64,000 nt of DNA from an uncultured Actinomycetota bacterium (GCA_963758825.1 CAVWWV010000004.1:188872-252871), one strand, 5' to 3'; numbered from the stretch's first letter, positions 36,105 to 48,099 are shown. Notes: generated by a model from the sequence alone, not told the origin. A program made the numbers and translations.

Positions 36105-37454
36105 GTCCGCCGCAAGGGCGTTGACGTAGTCGGGCCAGTCGAGGCTGTCGACCGGGTTGGCCCGCTGGATGTCCGGGGTGTCGTCGCTGAAGGTGCGGAC
36201 GGGCCCGGGGCCGGTGGCGCGGGTTTCGAAACGCACGGTCATCACCCCGTGCCCGGCACCCTGCAGCCAGCCGTGCCCGTAACCGGTATGCACGACGTCG
36301 TCGCCGATCCGCCATGCCGGCGCCCGCTCGGCGGCCTGGCTGAGCGTCTGCGGCAATCCGGTGTCCGACACTTCCTCGGCCATCAACTCGAGGTCTGGGA
36401 ACAACGACTCCTGCCGCACGTCCGATAGGCCCGAAAACCCCACGCCGACAAGCCGAATGGGGCCAACCTCGATCGGATCGAGCAGGAGACGACGCGCGAT
36501 CGCGATCAGCGTCGCGGCGTCGGTGGTCGCGTACGGCAGCGTCGCGGAGCGGGTCAGGATGCTCATGTCGGACTTCTTCAGCTTCACTGTCACGGTGCGT
36601 GCTCCGCGACCGTCTTTCACCAGGCGGGTGTGGGCATGGTCCCCGATCGAACCCACCGCCTCACGCAGTTGGTCGAGGGTGGTCAGATCTTCGGGGAAGG
36701 TGGATTCGGCGCTGATCTGTTTGGCGGGCCCGTTCTCGGCGACGGGCCGGTCGTCGATTCCCCTGGCGAGCTGGTGCAGCGCGGGCCCGATGGTGCCGCC
36801 GAGGATGTTGGCGGCTTCGGCGTCCGACAGCGCGGCCAGTGAACCGATGGTGTCGATGCCGAGACGGTGCAGCTTCTCCTCTGCGACCGGCCCGATCCCC
36901 CAGAGCCGTCGAACGGACAGACCGTCCAGCAGCACCCGCTCCTCGTCGCGGCGAACCACCCGGATGCCGTCGGGTTTGGCCAGCCCCGACGCGATCTTGG
37001 CGATCTGCTTGCCCGAACCGGCGCCGACGGACGCGACGAGCCCGGTCACCTCGCGAATCCTGGCCCGCAGTGCCTCGCAGAACGACTCGACGTCCGCCGC
37101 GGTCGCCCCCGCGAGTTCGGCGGGCTCGCCGAACGCCTCGTCGAACGACAACTGCTCGAGGACCGGCACCGCGGCTCGGACGGTGTCCAGTACGCGGCGG
37201 CTGGCCACGCCGTAGACGATGCCGCGCGGCGGCAACACCACGGCGGTGGCGCCGACCAGGCGGCGGGCCTGGTGCATCGGCATGGCCGAGCGCGCGCCGT
37301 ACACCCTGGACTCGTAGCTGGCGCCCGCGACAACACCGCGTCCGCCCAGCCCTCCGACGAGCACCGGGCGGCCACGCAGCGTAGGGCGTGTGAGCTGCTC
37401 GACCGACGCGAAGAACGCGTCCATGTCGAGGTGCAGCACCCAGCGAGCGGCCAC
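36042..37454 (-). CDS. dinB1: DNA polymerase IV (DinB1/DinX)
   Basis: [26 protein letters not shown], beta-clamp motif QESLF. Confidence 0.93.
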   Translation of the reverse strand: MAARWVLHLDMDAFFASVEQLTRPTLRGRPVLVGGLGGRGVVAGASYESRVYGARSAMPMHQARRLVGATAVVLPPRGIVYGVASRRVLDTVRAAVPVLEQLSFDEAFGEPAELAGATAADVESFCEALRARIREVTGLVASVGAGSGKQIAKIASGLAKPDGIRVVRRDEERVLLDGLSVRRLWGIGPVAEEKLHRLGIDTIGSLAALSDAEAANILGGTIGPALHQLARGIDDRPVAENGPAKQISAESTFPEDLTTLDQLREAVGSIGDHAHTRLVKDGRGARTVTVKLKKSDMSILTRSATLPYATTDAATLIAIARRLLLDPIEVGPIRLVGVGFSGLSDVRQESLFPDLELMAEEVSDTGLPQTLSQAAERAPAWRIGDDVVHTGYGHGWLQGAGHGVMTVRFETRATGPGPVRTFSDDTPDIQRANPVDSLDWPDYVNALAADSAPPGDDVVDGRAARQGSDQ

Positions 37455-37486
37455 GTCTGCCGATGCTAGGGCGCTAGCCTGGCGAC

Positions 37487-38221
37487 ATGACGCAACAGGC
37501 CAGCGATGTCGGCATCTTCGGTCCGTGGCTGGCGCATTTCGTGCAAAACGAGCGCGTGCACGCCGAGGCCGACGCGGCCATCGCCTTCGAGGACCGCTGC
37601 GATATCCCCGACTCCGTGCGCCACCCGCTGATCGAATCGGTCCGCCGGTTCCAGCTGGGCGAGAGCGGCGACGGTGCACAGCTGCTGCACAAAGCCGCAC
37701 GAGCCGGTGACGTCGAATATCTGCGCGCGGCCGAAATGTTCGTGGCCGAAGAGCAACAGCACGCCGCGCTGCTGCTGCGACTGCTCGGGTATCTCGACGG
37801 TCAGCCGATGCGCACCCACTGGTCGGACGCGGTCTTCGTGCGGTTGCGCAGGCTGATGGGACTGCGGACGGAATTGATGGTGTTGACCGTCGCCGAAGTG
37901 GTCGCGCTGTCGTATTACGGCGGGCTGGCCGAGGCGGGTCCAGACGATGTCGTCCGTGCGGTGGCCGCCCGCATCGTGGCCGACGAGCACCCGCACGTGC
38001 GGTTCCAGCAGGACCGGTTGCGGGCCGGCTTCGCAGGGTCGCGGGCCGGCGCCCGCGCGATGGCATTCGCGTTCTGGTGGCTGACGGCGATCGGCGCCAC
38101 CGTCGTCGTGGCCCTTGACCACGGCCCCCTGCTCGACGCGATCGGATACCGGCGCACCCGCTTCATCCGCGACGTCCTCGTCGACTTCGCGAAGGTCGTT
38201 ACCGCTGTGCTGCGCCGCTAG
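37487..38221 (+). CDS. Ferritin-like diiron-fold protein
   Basis: [24 protein letters not shown] carboxylate/His pattern. Confidence 0.72.
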   Translation: MTQQASDVGIFGPWLAHFVQNERVHAEADAAIAFEDRCDIPDSVRHPLIESVRRFQLGESGDGAQLLHKAARAGDVEYLRAAEMFVAEEQQHAALLLRLLGYLDGQPMRTHWSDAVFVRLRRLMGLRTELMVLTVAEVVALSYYGGLAEAGPDDVVRAVAARIVADEHPHVRFQQDRLRAGFAGSRAGARAMAFAFWWLTAIGATVVVALDHGPLLDAIGYRRTRFIRDVLVDFAKVVTAVLRR

Positions 38222-41200
38222 GCCTTGGCGATCGTCACCCGCACCCCGTCACCGATGTCGCTGGCATCGGCGGGCTCGCCGAACTCGAATGTGGTGGCCA
38301 GGATTTCCCGCGCGATCATCTCGGCGTGCGTGCGCGCCCAGTCCGCCCGTTGCTCCGGCACGGCCATCACCACCGAGATTCGGTCGGACACATCCAGGCC
38401 CGTCGTTCTGCGCAGTTCCTGAAGTTCTCGGATGCGGTCCTTGGCCCAGCCCTCGGCCTCCAGCTCCGGGGTGACGGTGCCGTCGAGCACCACCAGACCC
38501 GACCCCTCTGGCAGTGCCGCGGTGAACTCGGGGTCGGCGGCCACCAGCTTGGAGCTGAACTCCTCGGGCAGCAGCACCGCCGTGCCCGCGGTGAGCGTGC
38601 CGTCGGGGTTGACCACACCCTCGCCGGCCTTGACCGCCTTGATGGCAGCCTGCACGTCCTTGCCGATGCGTGGACCCGCTGCGCGGGCGTTGACAGTGAG
38701 CTCGAATCGCCCGTAGCTCGCGATGTCGTCGGTGAGTTCGACTTCCTTCACGTTGAGTTCGTCGGCGAGCAGGTCCCGAAACGGCTCGAGGCGCTGCGGG
38801 TTCTCCACGGCGACAGTGAGTTTCAGCAGCGGCAGCCGCACCCGCAGCTTCTTCGCCTTGCGTAGCGAGGACGCCGCCGACGCCACCTCGCGGACCTGGT
38901 CCATCGCAGCGACCAGGTCGGCGTCGTGCGGCAGGTCGCCCGACTCCGGCCAGTCGGTGAGATGCACCGAACGCTCGCCGGTGATACCGCGCCAGATGAC
39001 CTCGGTGGTCAGCGGCAGCAGTGGTGCGGCCAGCCTTCCCGCCACCTCCAGCACGGTGTGCAGCGTGTCGATGGCGTCGGGATCCTCCTCCCAGAATCGC
39101 GAACGAGACCGGCGCACATACCAATTCGTCAACGCTTCGGTGAATTGCCTCAGTTCGTCGCATGCTCCGGAGATGTCACAGGCGTCCATCGACGCGGTCA
39201 GATCGTCGCGCAGCTTCGCGAGCTTTGCCAGGATGTAGCGATCGAGGACGTGGGTGGAGTTCGTTCGCCAGGTGCCCTTCTTCGGCGCATAAAGCGCCAG
39301 GAAGGTGTAGGCGTTCCAGATCGGCAGCTGCACCTGCCGAACACCCTCGCGGATGCCCTGTTCGGTGACGATCAGGTTTCCGCCGCGAAGGATGGGTGAC
39401 GCCATCAGGAACCACCGCATGGCATCCGAGCCGTCGCGGTCGAAAACCTCTGTCACGTCGGGATAGTTGCGCAGCGACTTGCTCATCTTCTGGCCGTCAT
39501 TGCCGAGCACGATGCCGTGCGACACACACGTTTTGAACGCCGGGCGATCGAACAGCGCGGTGGCCAGCACGTGCATCATGTAGAACCAGCCGCGAGTCTG
39601 GCCGATGTACTCCACGATGAAGTCCGCAGGGAAATGCGACTCGAACCAGTCGGCGTTCTCGAACGGGTAGTGCACCTGCGCGTAGGGCATCGATCCGGAG
39701 TCGAACCAGACGTCGAACACGTCAGGGATGCGCCGCATGGTGGACTTGCCGGTCGGGTCGTCGGGATTGGGCCGCGTCAGCTCGTCGATGTAAGGCCTGT
39801 GCAGGTTGTCCGGCCGGACGCCGAAGTCACGCTCGAGCTCATCGAGGCTGCCGTACACATCGATTCGCGGATAAGCCGGATCGTCGGAAGTCCACACCGG
39901 GATCGGGCTGCCCCAGTATCGGTTTCGAGAGATCGACCAGTCTCGGGCATTGGACAGCCACTTGCCGAACTGTCCGTCCTTCACATGCTCGGGGTACCAG
40001 GTGATCTGCTGGTTGAGTTCGACCATGCGGTCCCGGAATTCGGTGACCTTGACGAACCAGGACGAAACCGCCCGGTAGATCAACGGATTCCGGCACCGCC
40101 AGCAGTGCGGGTAGGAGTGTTCGTAGGTCTCGTGTCGCAACAGCACCGGGGCGTTGTCCGCGGCCGGACCGCTCTGATTCTTCAGATCGCGGATGATCTG
40201 AGGATTGGCGTCGAATACGTGCTGACCGGCGTAGTCGGGCACGGTCTGATCGAACCGGCCCTTGGCGTCCACCGGCGTGACGGCGACAATGCCGGCAGGC
40301 GCCACCGTCGCCATGTCCGCTTCACCGTATGCCGGGGACATGTGCACGATGCCGGTGCCGTCCTCGGTGGTGACGTGCTCACCGGACAACACCTGAAAAC
40401 TGTTGGGCGCGTCCATGAAATACGTGAACGGCGGCAGATAGTGCATGCCGAGAAGCTCGTCGCCCCGGTAGGTGCCCAGGATCTCGGGTGTCTCGCCGAG
40501 TTCCCTGGCGTATGCGGCAAGTCGCGCCTTCGCCAACACGTACCGGCGATCCCCGGCAGCCACGAGCACGTAGGAGACGTCGCGATTGACGGCCACGGCC
40601 TGATTGGAGGGCAGCGTCCACGGCGTCGTCGTCCACACCAGAAGGTACGCATCCTGCAGGGGGCCTTCGGTGATTCGGAATCCGACCGTGATCGCCGGGT
40701 CCTGGCGGCTCTGATAGACGTCGTCGTCCATCCGCAGTTCGTGGCTGGACAATGGCGTCTCGTCGTTCCAGCAGTACGGCAGCACCCGATAGCCTTCGTA
40801 GGCAAGGCCCTTGTCCCACAACTGTTTGAAGGCCCAGATCACCGACTCCATGAAGGTCAGATCCAGAGTCTTGTAGTCGTTGTCGAAGTCCACCCAGCGC
40901 GCCTGGCGCGTCACATAGGCGCGCCATTCCTGCGTGTACTTGAGCACCGACGCGCGACAGGCGTCGTTGAACTTGCCGATGCCCATCTCGTCGATCTGCG
41001 ATTTGTCGGTGATGCCGAGCTGGCGCTGCACCTCCAGCTCCGCGGGCAGCCCGTGGGTGTCCCAGCCGAACCGGCGGTCGACCTTGTAGCCGCGCATGGT
41101 GCGGTACCGCGGCACGATGTCCTTGACATAGCCGGTCAGCAGATGACCGTAGTGCGGCAACCCATTCGCGAACGGTGGCCCGTCGTAGAACACGTACTCC

Positions 41201-41325
41201 GGCGCGTCGTTGCGGCGCGAAACGCTGGCCCGAAAGGTGTCGTCGGTGTCCCAATAGTCGAGGACGTCGGATTCGAGCGCCGGAAAGTTCGGCGCGCCGC
41301 CTGCCGGCTTCGGATAGGTGGTCAC
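38218..41325 (-). CDS. ileS: Isoleucyl-tRNA synthetase (IleRS2 type)
   Basis: [36 protein letters not shown]. Confidence 0.97.
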   Translation of the reverse strand: MTTYPKPAGGAPNFPALESDVLDYWDTDDTFRASVSRRNDAPEYVFYDGPPFANGLPHYGHLLTGYVKDIVPRYRTMRGYKVDRRFGWDTHGLPAELEVQRQLGITDKSQIDEMGIGKFNDACRASVLKYTQEWRAYVTRQARWVDFDNDYKTLDLTFMESVIWAFKQLWDKGLAYEGYRVLPYCWNDETPLSSHELRMDDDVYQSRQDPAITVGFRITEGPLQDAYLLVWTTTPWTLPSNQAVAVNRDVSYVLVAAGDRRYVLAKARLAAYARELGETPEILGTYRGDELLGMHYLPPFTYFMDAPNSFQVLSGEHVTTEDGTGIVHMSPAYGEADMATVAPAGIVAVTPVDAKGRFDQTVPDYAGQHVFDANPQIIRDLKNQSGPAADNAPVLLRHETYEHSYPHCWRCRNPLIYRAVSSWFVKVTEFRDRMVELNQQITWYPEHVKDGQFGKWLSNARDWSISRNRYWGSPIPVWTSDDPAYPRIDVYGSLDELERDFGVRPDNLHRPYIDELTRPNPDDPTGKSTMRRIPDVFDVWFDSGSMPYAQVHYPFENADWFESHFPADFIVEYIGQTRGWFYMMHVLATALFDRPAFKTCVSHGIVLGNDGQKMSKSLRNYPDVTEVFDRDGSDAMRWFLMASPILRGGNLIVTEQGIREGVRQVQLPIWNAYTFLALYAPKKGTWRTNSTHVLDRYILAKLAKLRDDLTASMDACDISGACDELRQFTEALTNWYVRRSRSRFWEEDPDAIDTLHTVLEVAGRLAAPLLPLTTEVIWRGITGERSVHLTDWPESGDLPHDADLVAAMDQVREVASAASSLRKAKKLRVRLPLLKLTVAVENPQRLEPFRDLLADELNVKEVELTDDIASYGRFELTVNARAAGPRIGKDVQAAIKAVKAGEGVVNPDGTLTAGTAVLLPEEFSSKLVAADPEFTAALPEGSGLVVLDGTVTPELEAEGWAKDRIRELQELRRTTGLDVSDRISVVMAVPEQRADWARTHAEMIAREILATTFEFGEPADASDIGDGVRVTIAKA

Positions 41326-41329
41326 GGTG

Positions 41330-41542
41330 TTACGTCGTCTCCATGCCAAATGGTCGTTCATGGCACGGGGACGACGACGCGCCGGTGCGCGAACGCCGCG
41401 GTACCACCCCGCTTGCGCACATGCGTGCGCCGCTCGACTTATGGCTGTGACGGGCCAACCCGTTCGGCTCTACTTGGCCAGACCCTCTTGAGCCCGAGCT
41501 GTTCTTCCGAAGGCTCCCCGGTGATGGCCGGATCAGCGCCGA
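41330..41542 (-). ncRNA. Translational ileS T-box riboswitch
   Basis: Short Stem I GATCCGGCC-ATC-ACCGGGGAGC with the Ile specifier at 41523-41525; T-box GGGTGGTACCGCG (~41397-41409); CGTCGTC complementary to the GGAGACGACG SD region; -10 TAGAAT at 41549-41554. Confidence 0.92.
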
Positions 41543-41559
41543 TAGGTGATTCTAGCGGC

Positions 41560-42243
41560 TCAGTGACCGACGGCCATCGGGGTGTGCGGCTGCGGCATGG
41601 CCTCCGACGTCAGCTCGATCAGCGCGAGTGGTAGCTGCTCGGTGAGCTCCTCGACGGTGTAGGCGTCGAAGCTGCGGGTGTCATACCACCAGTCCAGCTG
41701 GACGAGGCCGTCGGCCCGATACGCCCGAAGTTCCAGCGGATGGCGCAGCCCGGGCTCGGTGCCCAGGTAGGAGTAGAAGATCTCCGACGGCGGCTGTGCG
41801 GCGAGCTTTGGCGCTGTCGAACCCGCCGAAAGGTGGCGGTGCACGGCGCCGAGCGCCTCTGTGGCTGTGGCCAGACCCGCAGACGTGCAGGACAGCGGGA
41901 CAGATCCACTGTGTCCCGCAACGTCAACAGGCACCACACCCTCACCGATCGTGCGGGCGATCGCGAGGCCGAGGGCCGCAAGAAGGATTTCCTCGCCTGT
42001 CAGGCCCAGGTACCACTGTGCGCCGTCGAGCTCGCCGGTCAGCGTGCTGTTCAGCGGCGCCGAGATCTTGGTGAGATCGGCGGCTTGCGGAGCATCCACG
42101 GTTTCGTGGTCGGCGATTCGAAGCGGGCTGCTGGCAAATTCTGCAATCAACATGGAGCTAACAGTACTTGCGTTGTCCCAAAATTGGGAGACCTCTCCCA
42201 AAACTGTGACACCCACGTCAATAACAGCAACCCTTTCCAGCAT
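41560..42243 (-). CDS. Stand-alone fragment resembling the C-terminal lobe of an NRPS condensation/PapA-like domain
   Basis: EEILLAAL..AIART.GEG.V.VDV.GH and LELRAYRADGLVQLDWWYD..F...TVEEL; no HHxxxDG seen; start uncertain. Confidence 0.55.
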   Translation of the reverse strand: MLERVAVIDVGVTVLGEVSQFWDNASTVSSMLIAEFASSPLRIADHETVDAPQAADLTKISAPLNSTLTGELDGAQWYLGLTGEEILLAALGLAIARTIGEGVVPVDVAGHSGSVPLSCTSAGLATATEALGAVHRHLSAGSTAPKLAAQPPSEIFYSYLGTEPGLRHPLELRAYRADGLVQLDWWYDTRSFDAYTVEELTEQLPLALIELTSEAMPQPHTPMAVGH

Positions 42244-42290
42244 TCGATTACCACTGCCCATTTGCGGGAGAAACAGGTTAAAGTAAAGCC

Positions 42291-42641
42291 GTGCCACGTA
42301 CAGATGAGAACGGCCGACAACTAAAGGCCCTGCTCGATTACCTTCTTGACGGGGAAGTCGACGCTAAGAACATCTACGACGCGCTCGGGGTGTCTAGCAG
42401 CACGTACTACCGCCGAATCAAGGAGGAGGGCTACCCGGACGCCGAGGAACTACGGCGGGTTGCCGATCGGTTCGGGCTCAGCTACCCCGACCTTCAGGTG
42501 CGGTTCGGGTTGATGAGCCACCAGGAGGTAGCGAGCTACTTCGAGTCTGCCAACGTGGCATTGGCAACCGTCGAGACGCGACGAGTCCGCCCGCTGAAGC
42601 TGTCTGAAATGACGCCTCGCCAGGACGCCCCGCCGCTATAG
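42291..42641 (+). CDS. XRE-like HTH regulator
   Basis: IYDALGVSSSTYYRR helix-turn-helix followed by PDAEELRRVADRFGL. Confidence 0.72.
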   Translation: MPRTDENGRQLKALLDYLLDGEVDAKNIYDALGVSSSTYYRRIKEEGYPDAEELRRVADRFGLSYPDLQVRFGLMSHQEVASYFESANVALATVETRRVRPLKLSEMTPRQDAPPL

Positions 42642-42678
42642 AATTTGCTGAAACAATCTCAGCGCAAAGGCAACAAGG

Positions 42679-43408
42679 ATGGCCCTCGCAACACTCCTAG
42701 CGATCACGATCGCGTGCATCGGATGGAGCCTGTGGATCCGACGCGTCACGTGGACGTGCCGGTGGGAGGTCGCAGCCACCCTCAACATCGCGCTGCAGGG
42801 TTTGGCGGTGCTGCTGATGTCGCCGCTGGCCTCCGAGACCGTCGGGCACTGGCTGCACGCCCTCACCGGCAAGTGGAACCTCGAGGACTATCTCGGCCAC
42901 GACTGCCTACATCGTCGCCGCTTCGGCGATCGTCTACAACACGCTCGGCCGCCTCGCCGACGACGACGCCATGCAGAAGTCGTTCAAGCAGTACGTCGAA
43001 CGGCCCGCCACGATCTGCATCCCGATACTGCTCGTGACGTTCTCCGTCGGTAACGGCGCGCGGATCTACGCACCGGACTTCTTCACGGTGCCCACCGACT
43101 TCTGGCTCAACCTCTACTGGCTGCTGCTCTGCGGCACGCTGATGTATCTGCTGGGCTACGGCATCCGCGCCACACTGGTGCTGCGCAAGGATCCGCGTTC
43201 CCGGACCATCGCCAACTTCTATCTGGCGTCGTCGGTCGCCGGCATCATGGCGTGCGTCGTGCGCATCATCACCGCCTTCGTGCCGTCCTTCCAGACGGTG
43301 ATGGGCAGCAGCCTGGTGTGGATCTTCGCCTGCCTGTGCGGCGCCGGGTTCGCACTCGCGTCCGCCCACTCGTGGCGCATCAAGACGAAATGGTTCACCA
43401 AGGTCTGA
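42679..43408 (+). CDS. Multi-pass membrane protein of unknown function; apparent frameshift near 42905
   Basis: Two overlapping hydrophobic ORFs (42679-43053, 42971-43408) join into a ~7-TM protein. Confidence 0.65.
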
Positions 43409-43460
43409 CCTGGCCGCTCGGGTTATCGTTGCCTCGCCGTCGAAGTTTGGGGAGGAACGC

Positions 43461-44875
43461 GTGAAAGAGCCATCCGAAGAGACACCGGACGCCACCGCGT
43501 CGTCGTCATCGGGTCCGGGTTCGGCGGCTTGACTGCGGCTAAGGCTTTGAAACGAGCCGACGTCGACGTCACTCTGATCTCGAGGACCACCACTCACCTG
43601 TTCCAGCCGCTGCTCTATCAGGTGGCGACCGGCATTCTGTCCGAAGGTGAGATCGCTCCGACCACACGGCTGGTGCTGCGCAGGCAGAAGAACGTCCAGG
43701 TGCTCCTCGGCGAGGTCGAAGCGATCGATCTGAAGGCCAAGACCGTCACCAGCAAGTTGATGACGATGACGACCGTGTCGCCGTTCGACAGCCTCATCGT
43801 CGCCGCCGGCGCACAGCAGTCCTATTTCGGCAACGACCAGTTCGCCACCTTCGCTCCAGGTATGAAGACCATCGACGACGCGCTGGAACTTCGCGGCCGG
43901 ATACTCGGGGCGTTCGAGGCCGCGGAGGTCACCACCGATCCCGCTGAGCGCGAGCGCAGGCTGACCTTCGTGGTGGTCGGCGCGGGACCCACCGGCGTCG
44001 AACTGGCAGGCCAGATCGCCGAGCTCGCCGACCGCACGTTGGCCGGCGCCTTTCGCACCATCGAGCCCAACGAGTGCCGGGTGATCCTGCTCGAGGGCGC
44101 CGGCGCGGTGCTGCCGCCCATGGGCGAGAAACTGGGACTCAAGGCGCAGCGGCGGTTGGAGAAGATGGGCGTCGAGGTCCAACTCAACGCGCTGGTGACC
44201 AATGTGGACTATCAGGGCGTCACGGTGAAGGGCAAGGACGGCGCCGAACGTCGCATCGAATGTGCGTGCAAGGTGTGGTCGGCCGGTGTGCAGGCCAGCC
44301 CACTGGGCAAGATGATCGCCGAGCAGTCCGACGGTTCCGAGACCGATCGCGCTGGCCGGGTCATCATGGAGCCGGATCTGTCCGTGAAGGGCCATCCGAA
44401 TGTCTTCGTCGTCGGCGACCTGATGTCGGTCAAGGGCGTACCGGGCATGGCGCAGGGCGCGATTCAGGGCGCCAAGTACGTCACCAAGTTGATCAAGCGC
44501 GAGTTGGCGGGCCGTGACGACCCGGCGAATCGCGCACCGTTCCGATACTTCGACAAGGGCAGCATGGCGACGATCTCGCGGTTCAGCGCCGTCGCCCAGG
44601 TCGGCAAGCTCGAATTCGGCGGCTTCATTGCCTGGCTCGCGTGGTTGGTGCTGCACCTGGTGTATCTGGTCGGCTTCAAGAACCGCTTCACCACTCTCAT
44701 CACCTGGTTCATCACCTTCCTCGGCCACAGCCGTGGTCAGATGGCGATCACCAGCCAGATGATCTATGCCAGATTGGCCATGGACATGCTGCAGAACCAA
44801 CAGAAGCTAGCGCTTCGGCAATCTCCGCTCGCCGCGGTCGAGGAGGCGGAGGAACTCGAAAGAGGGGCGTCATGA
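43461..44875 (+). CDS. ndh: Type II NADH dehydrogenase; apparent frameshift in the first ~9 codons
   Basis: VVIGSGFGG, HLFQPLLYQVATG, VGAGPTGVE, YFDKGSMATI; the GTG after GGAGG is out of frame with the body. Confidence 0.88.
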
Positions 44876-45084
44876 GCGATCACACCTACCGCGTCATCGA
44901 GATCGTCGGAAGCTCACCCGACAGCATTGATGCCGCGATTCGCAACGGGATCTCCCGCGCGTCGGAGACGATTCGGGGCCTGGACTGGTTCGAGGTGACG
45001 TCGGTGCGCGGTCATCTCGCCGACGGCGCCGTCGGGCACTTCCAGGTGACCATGAAAGTCGGATTCCGGATGGAAGGCGCGTAG
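44872..45084 (+). CDS. Dodecin (flavin-binding), Rv1498A-like
   Basis: MSDHTYRVIEIVGSS...WFEV...FQVTMKVGFR. Confidence 0.9.
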   Translation: MSDHTYRVIEIVGSSPDSIDAAIRNGISRASETIRGLDWFEVTSVRGHLADGAVGHFQVTMKVGFRMEGA

Positions 45085-45087
45085 TCC

Positions 45088-46363
45088 CTACAGCGCGACG
45101 GACTGGGTCTCGGGGACGAAGGGCGCGCCGAAGTCCGGCACCGGCCGGTATCCGCGCTTGCGCGCCGCTGCCGCGCCCCGACGAATCAACGCCGCCGTTG
45201 CGACGAAGCCCGCCTGATCGGCCACCACGAACGGGGTCAGCAGCCGGTTGTGCACGTAGCCGAAGGACATTCCGGTGCTCGGGTCGGCCCAGCCGAGCGA
45301 GCCGCCCAGGCCCGCGTGACCGAAGCCCGGCATCAGGCCCCCTAGCGGGATCGAGTGGTAGCCGAGATGAAATGCCATGGGGAACACGATGTTTCGGTCG
45401 GGCCGACGGTTGGGCCTACCGATCAGACCCGCTGTGAGTTCCGGCGAAAGGAACTGCCTGCCGTCGACCCTGCCACCACATGCCAGAGGGGCGTACATCT
45501 TCGCAAGGCCTCGCGCAGTGGCCGTCCCGTTGGCGGCGGGTATCTCACCATCGAGAAACGGGATATCGCCCTGCACAACCGAGAACATCTCGGGAAAGTA
45601 GAGCGCACCAAGGCCGCCGGACCATTGCAGCGCGGCAAGCTTGGGTACCACGCTGCCGAGCACCGCATTCTTCACGGCGCCCTGCGGGATGATGATCTGC
45701 GCGGCTTTTGTCGGTGCATCGACGGGCGGCCGACCCAGGTGCAAACCGTCGGTGTTGAGCGGCTCGGCAAGTTCCTCGCGGATCAACCGACGCATGCCCT
45801 TACCGGTGACGGCTCTGGCCAGACCTGACATCAGCCAGCCGTACGTCAACGCGTGGTAGGCGCCCTTGCCGTAGAGCACCCGGTTCACCGAGGCCGCCGC
45901 GAGCCGCTCCTCCATCTTGACGTGGTCCATCAGGTCGGCCCGACTGGCGCCGTTGAGCTGGGACAGCCCCGCCCGGTGGCGCATCACCTCGCGGACGGTG
46001 ATGCTCGCCTTGCCGTTGGCACCGAACTCGGGCCAGTACTCGGCAACCGGGGCTTCGTAGTCGATCAGGCCACGGTCGGCCAGCCGATGGATGACGGTCG
46101 AGGACATCCCCTTCGTCGCCGAGAACACCATCGCACCGGTATCGGCGGACCAATGCGTTGGTGCCCCGGCGGTCGGACCACCCCGTCCACACGTCGACGA
46201 CGGGCTCGCCGTCCAGAAAGACCGACAGTGCGCCTCCGCCGTAGCGGGGACCGGGAAACATTTTGCTGAAGGCCCGTACCGCACAGGCGAAGTGCGGGTC
46301 GGCCGCGCCTTGAACACCGTGAGGGAGCGCCGCGCTGCGCTCCCCGCTGTCAGAGTGCTTCAC
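45088..46363 (-). CDS. lipL: Beta-lactamase-fold esterase, LipL-like; apparent frameshift near 46160
   Basis: FSATKG (SxxK), YHALTYG, FGHAGLGG; syntenic with Rv1497. Confidence 0.75.
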
Positions 46364-46479
46364 AATGTATCTAATTTACCTGCAACCCCGGCAAATAAAC
46401 CGGCCGTTACCGATCCGTTGTTACATCGCATGTCAGAGCTGTCAAGGCTCCATCTGACAGCAACCAAACGCGCCCGGGA

Positions 46480-47062
46480 TCAGTCGAACGGGTTGTTCGG
46501 ATCGGTCTTGTCGAACACCTCTTGGCCGTCGTCGCGGCCGTCGCCGTCGGAGTCCGCCTTGTTCGGGTTGGTGCCGTAAACGTTCGTCTCATCGTCGTTG
46601 AACAGCCCGTCCTGGTCCGTGTCGGGCCGTCCCTGGTCCGGCCGCCGTTCCGGGCTCCGCCTCCGATTGTTGGCAACGGCACCGGATGCGAAGCACTGTC
46701 CAGCGGCTTGGTGCCCGCGTCCACCTCCTCTTGTCGGTCGAAACCGTAGGTCGGGTCGCCGAGGTACAGATGGTTGGCGGTGAAGTACTCCGCGTAGTCG
46801 CTGAACCCATCACCGTCGGTGTCTTGCTGGCGGGTTGGAATGAACGTTGTTGCACCTCGTTGCCGTCATTTAGGCCGTCCTTGTCGGTGTCGCGGTCGTC
46901 GGGTCGGAGTGAGAGATGTTGATCTCGTACTGGTCTGGACAGGTCGTCTGCGTCCATGTCGCCCGGCAGCGGCGGCAGAGCGTTCGCGGTCGACGGTGTC
47001 AGCAGCACGCCAGCGACCAGCCAAAGCGGCGAAAAGGGATTTCCACAGCGGCGTTGAGTCAT
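46480..47062 (-). CDS. Secreted protein with DxDxDG (thrombospondin type-3-like) Ca-binding repeats; several frameshifts
   Basis: Signal-like ...ANA-LPP, then DTDKDGLNDGNE, DTDGDGFSDYAE, DTDQDGLFNDDE, DSDGDGRDDGQE spread over different frames. Confidence 0.6.
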
Positions 47063-47112
47063 GCGTCAAAGCTATCGGCTACCTAGACGGCCGGTAAATA
47101 TCCGGTGTTTCC

Positions 47113-48098
47113 CTATTCTTTTGTGTTCTCCGGCAGCCCGAGAATCTGTTGGGCGGCAAGTGTCGGGGTCAGTTCGCCGTTTCGGACCTGACGCTCCACC
47201 TCGGCACGAACGCTGCGCACCCCGCGATTGTTGAGCACCCGGTCCAACACCGTGTCGCGGACCATCGACCACGTCCAGTCCACCTGCTGGGCATTGCGAC
47301 GAGCCTCGAACTCCCCCGCTTCGGTCAGCACGTCGCGGTGCTTGAGCACGGTGTCCCACAGCTCGGTCAACCCGGTGCCCTCCAGCGCGCTCATCGTCAG
47401 AACCGGTGGACGCCACAGTGTTTCGCGCGGATAGATCAGCCGAATCGCGCCCGAGAGTTCGCGGGCGGCGGTCTTGGCCTCGGTGGCGTGTTCACCGTCG
47501 GCCTTGTTCACCACGACGACGTCGGCGAGCTCGAGGACGCCCTTCTTGATTCCCTGCAGCTGGTCGCCGGTGCGCGCGAGGGTCAGGAAGACGAACGTGT
47601 CCACCATGTTGGCGACGGCCACCTCGGATTGCCCTACGCCGACGGTCTCCACCAGGATCACGTCGAAGCCGGCCGCCTCGAGCAGCACGATGGTTTCCCG
47701 GGTGGCCCGCGCGACGCCGCCGAGAGTGCCCGACGTCGGCGACGGCCTGATGTAGGCGTCGGGATGCACGGCCAGATTCGCCATCCGGGTCTTGTCCCCC
47801 AGGATCGATCCGCCGGTGCGGGTGGACGACGGGTCGACGGCCAGCACCGCCACCCGGTGTCCCTGCTCGATGAGGTGCATGCCGAGCGATTCGATGGTCG
47901 TCGACTTGCCGACACCGGGGACACCGGTGATGCCGACATGCATGGCGCTGCCTGCCTGCGGCATCAGCTCCATCAGCAGCCGCTGCGCCTGCTCGCGGTG
48001 GTCGGCCCTGGTCGACTCGACGAGCGTGATCGCCCGCGGAAGGGCTGCGCGATCACGGTTCCTGATCGCGGCGGCGAGGTCGTCGATCTGGTCGGCCA

Positions 48099-48099
<1 letters not shown>
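47113..48099 (-). CDS. meaB: Methylmalonyl-CoA mutase-associated GTPase
   Basis: GVPGVGKST, DPSS..TGGSILGDKTRM, ETVGVGQSE, NKAD. Confidence 0.95.

Noticed and set aside
37455-37490. SOS box or PafBC promoter upstream of dinB1
   Set aside because: No GAAC-N4-GTTC; the TGTCGC to TAGCAT spacing is 13 nt rather than the expected 10.
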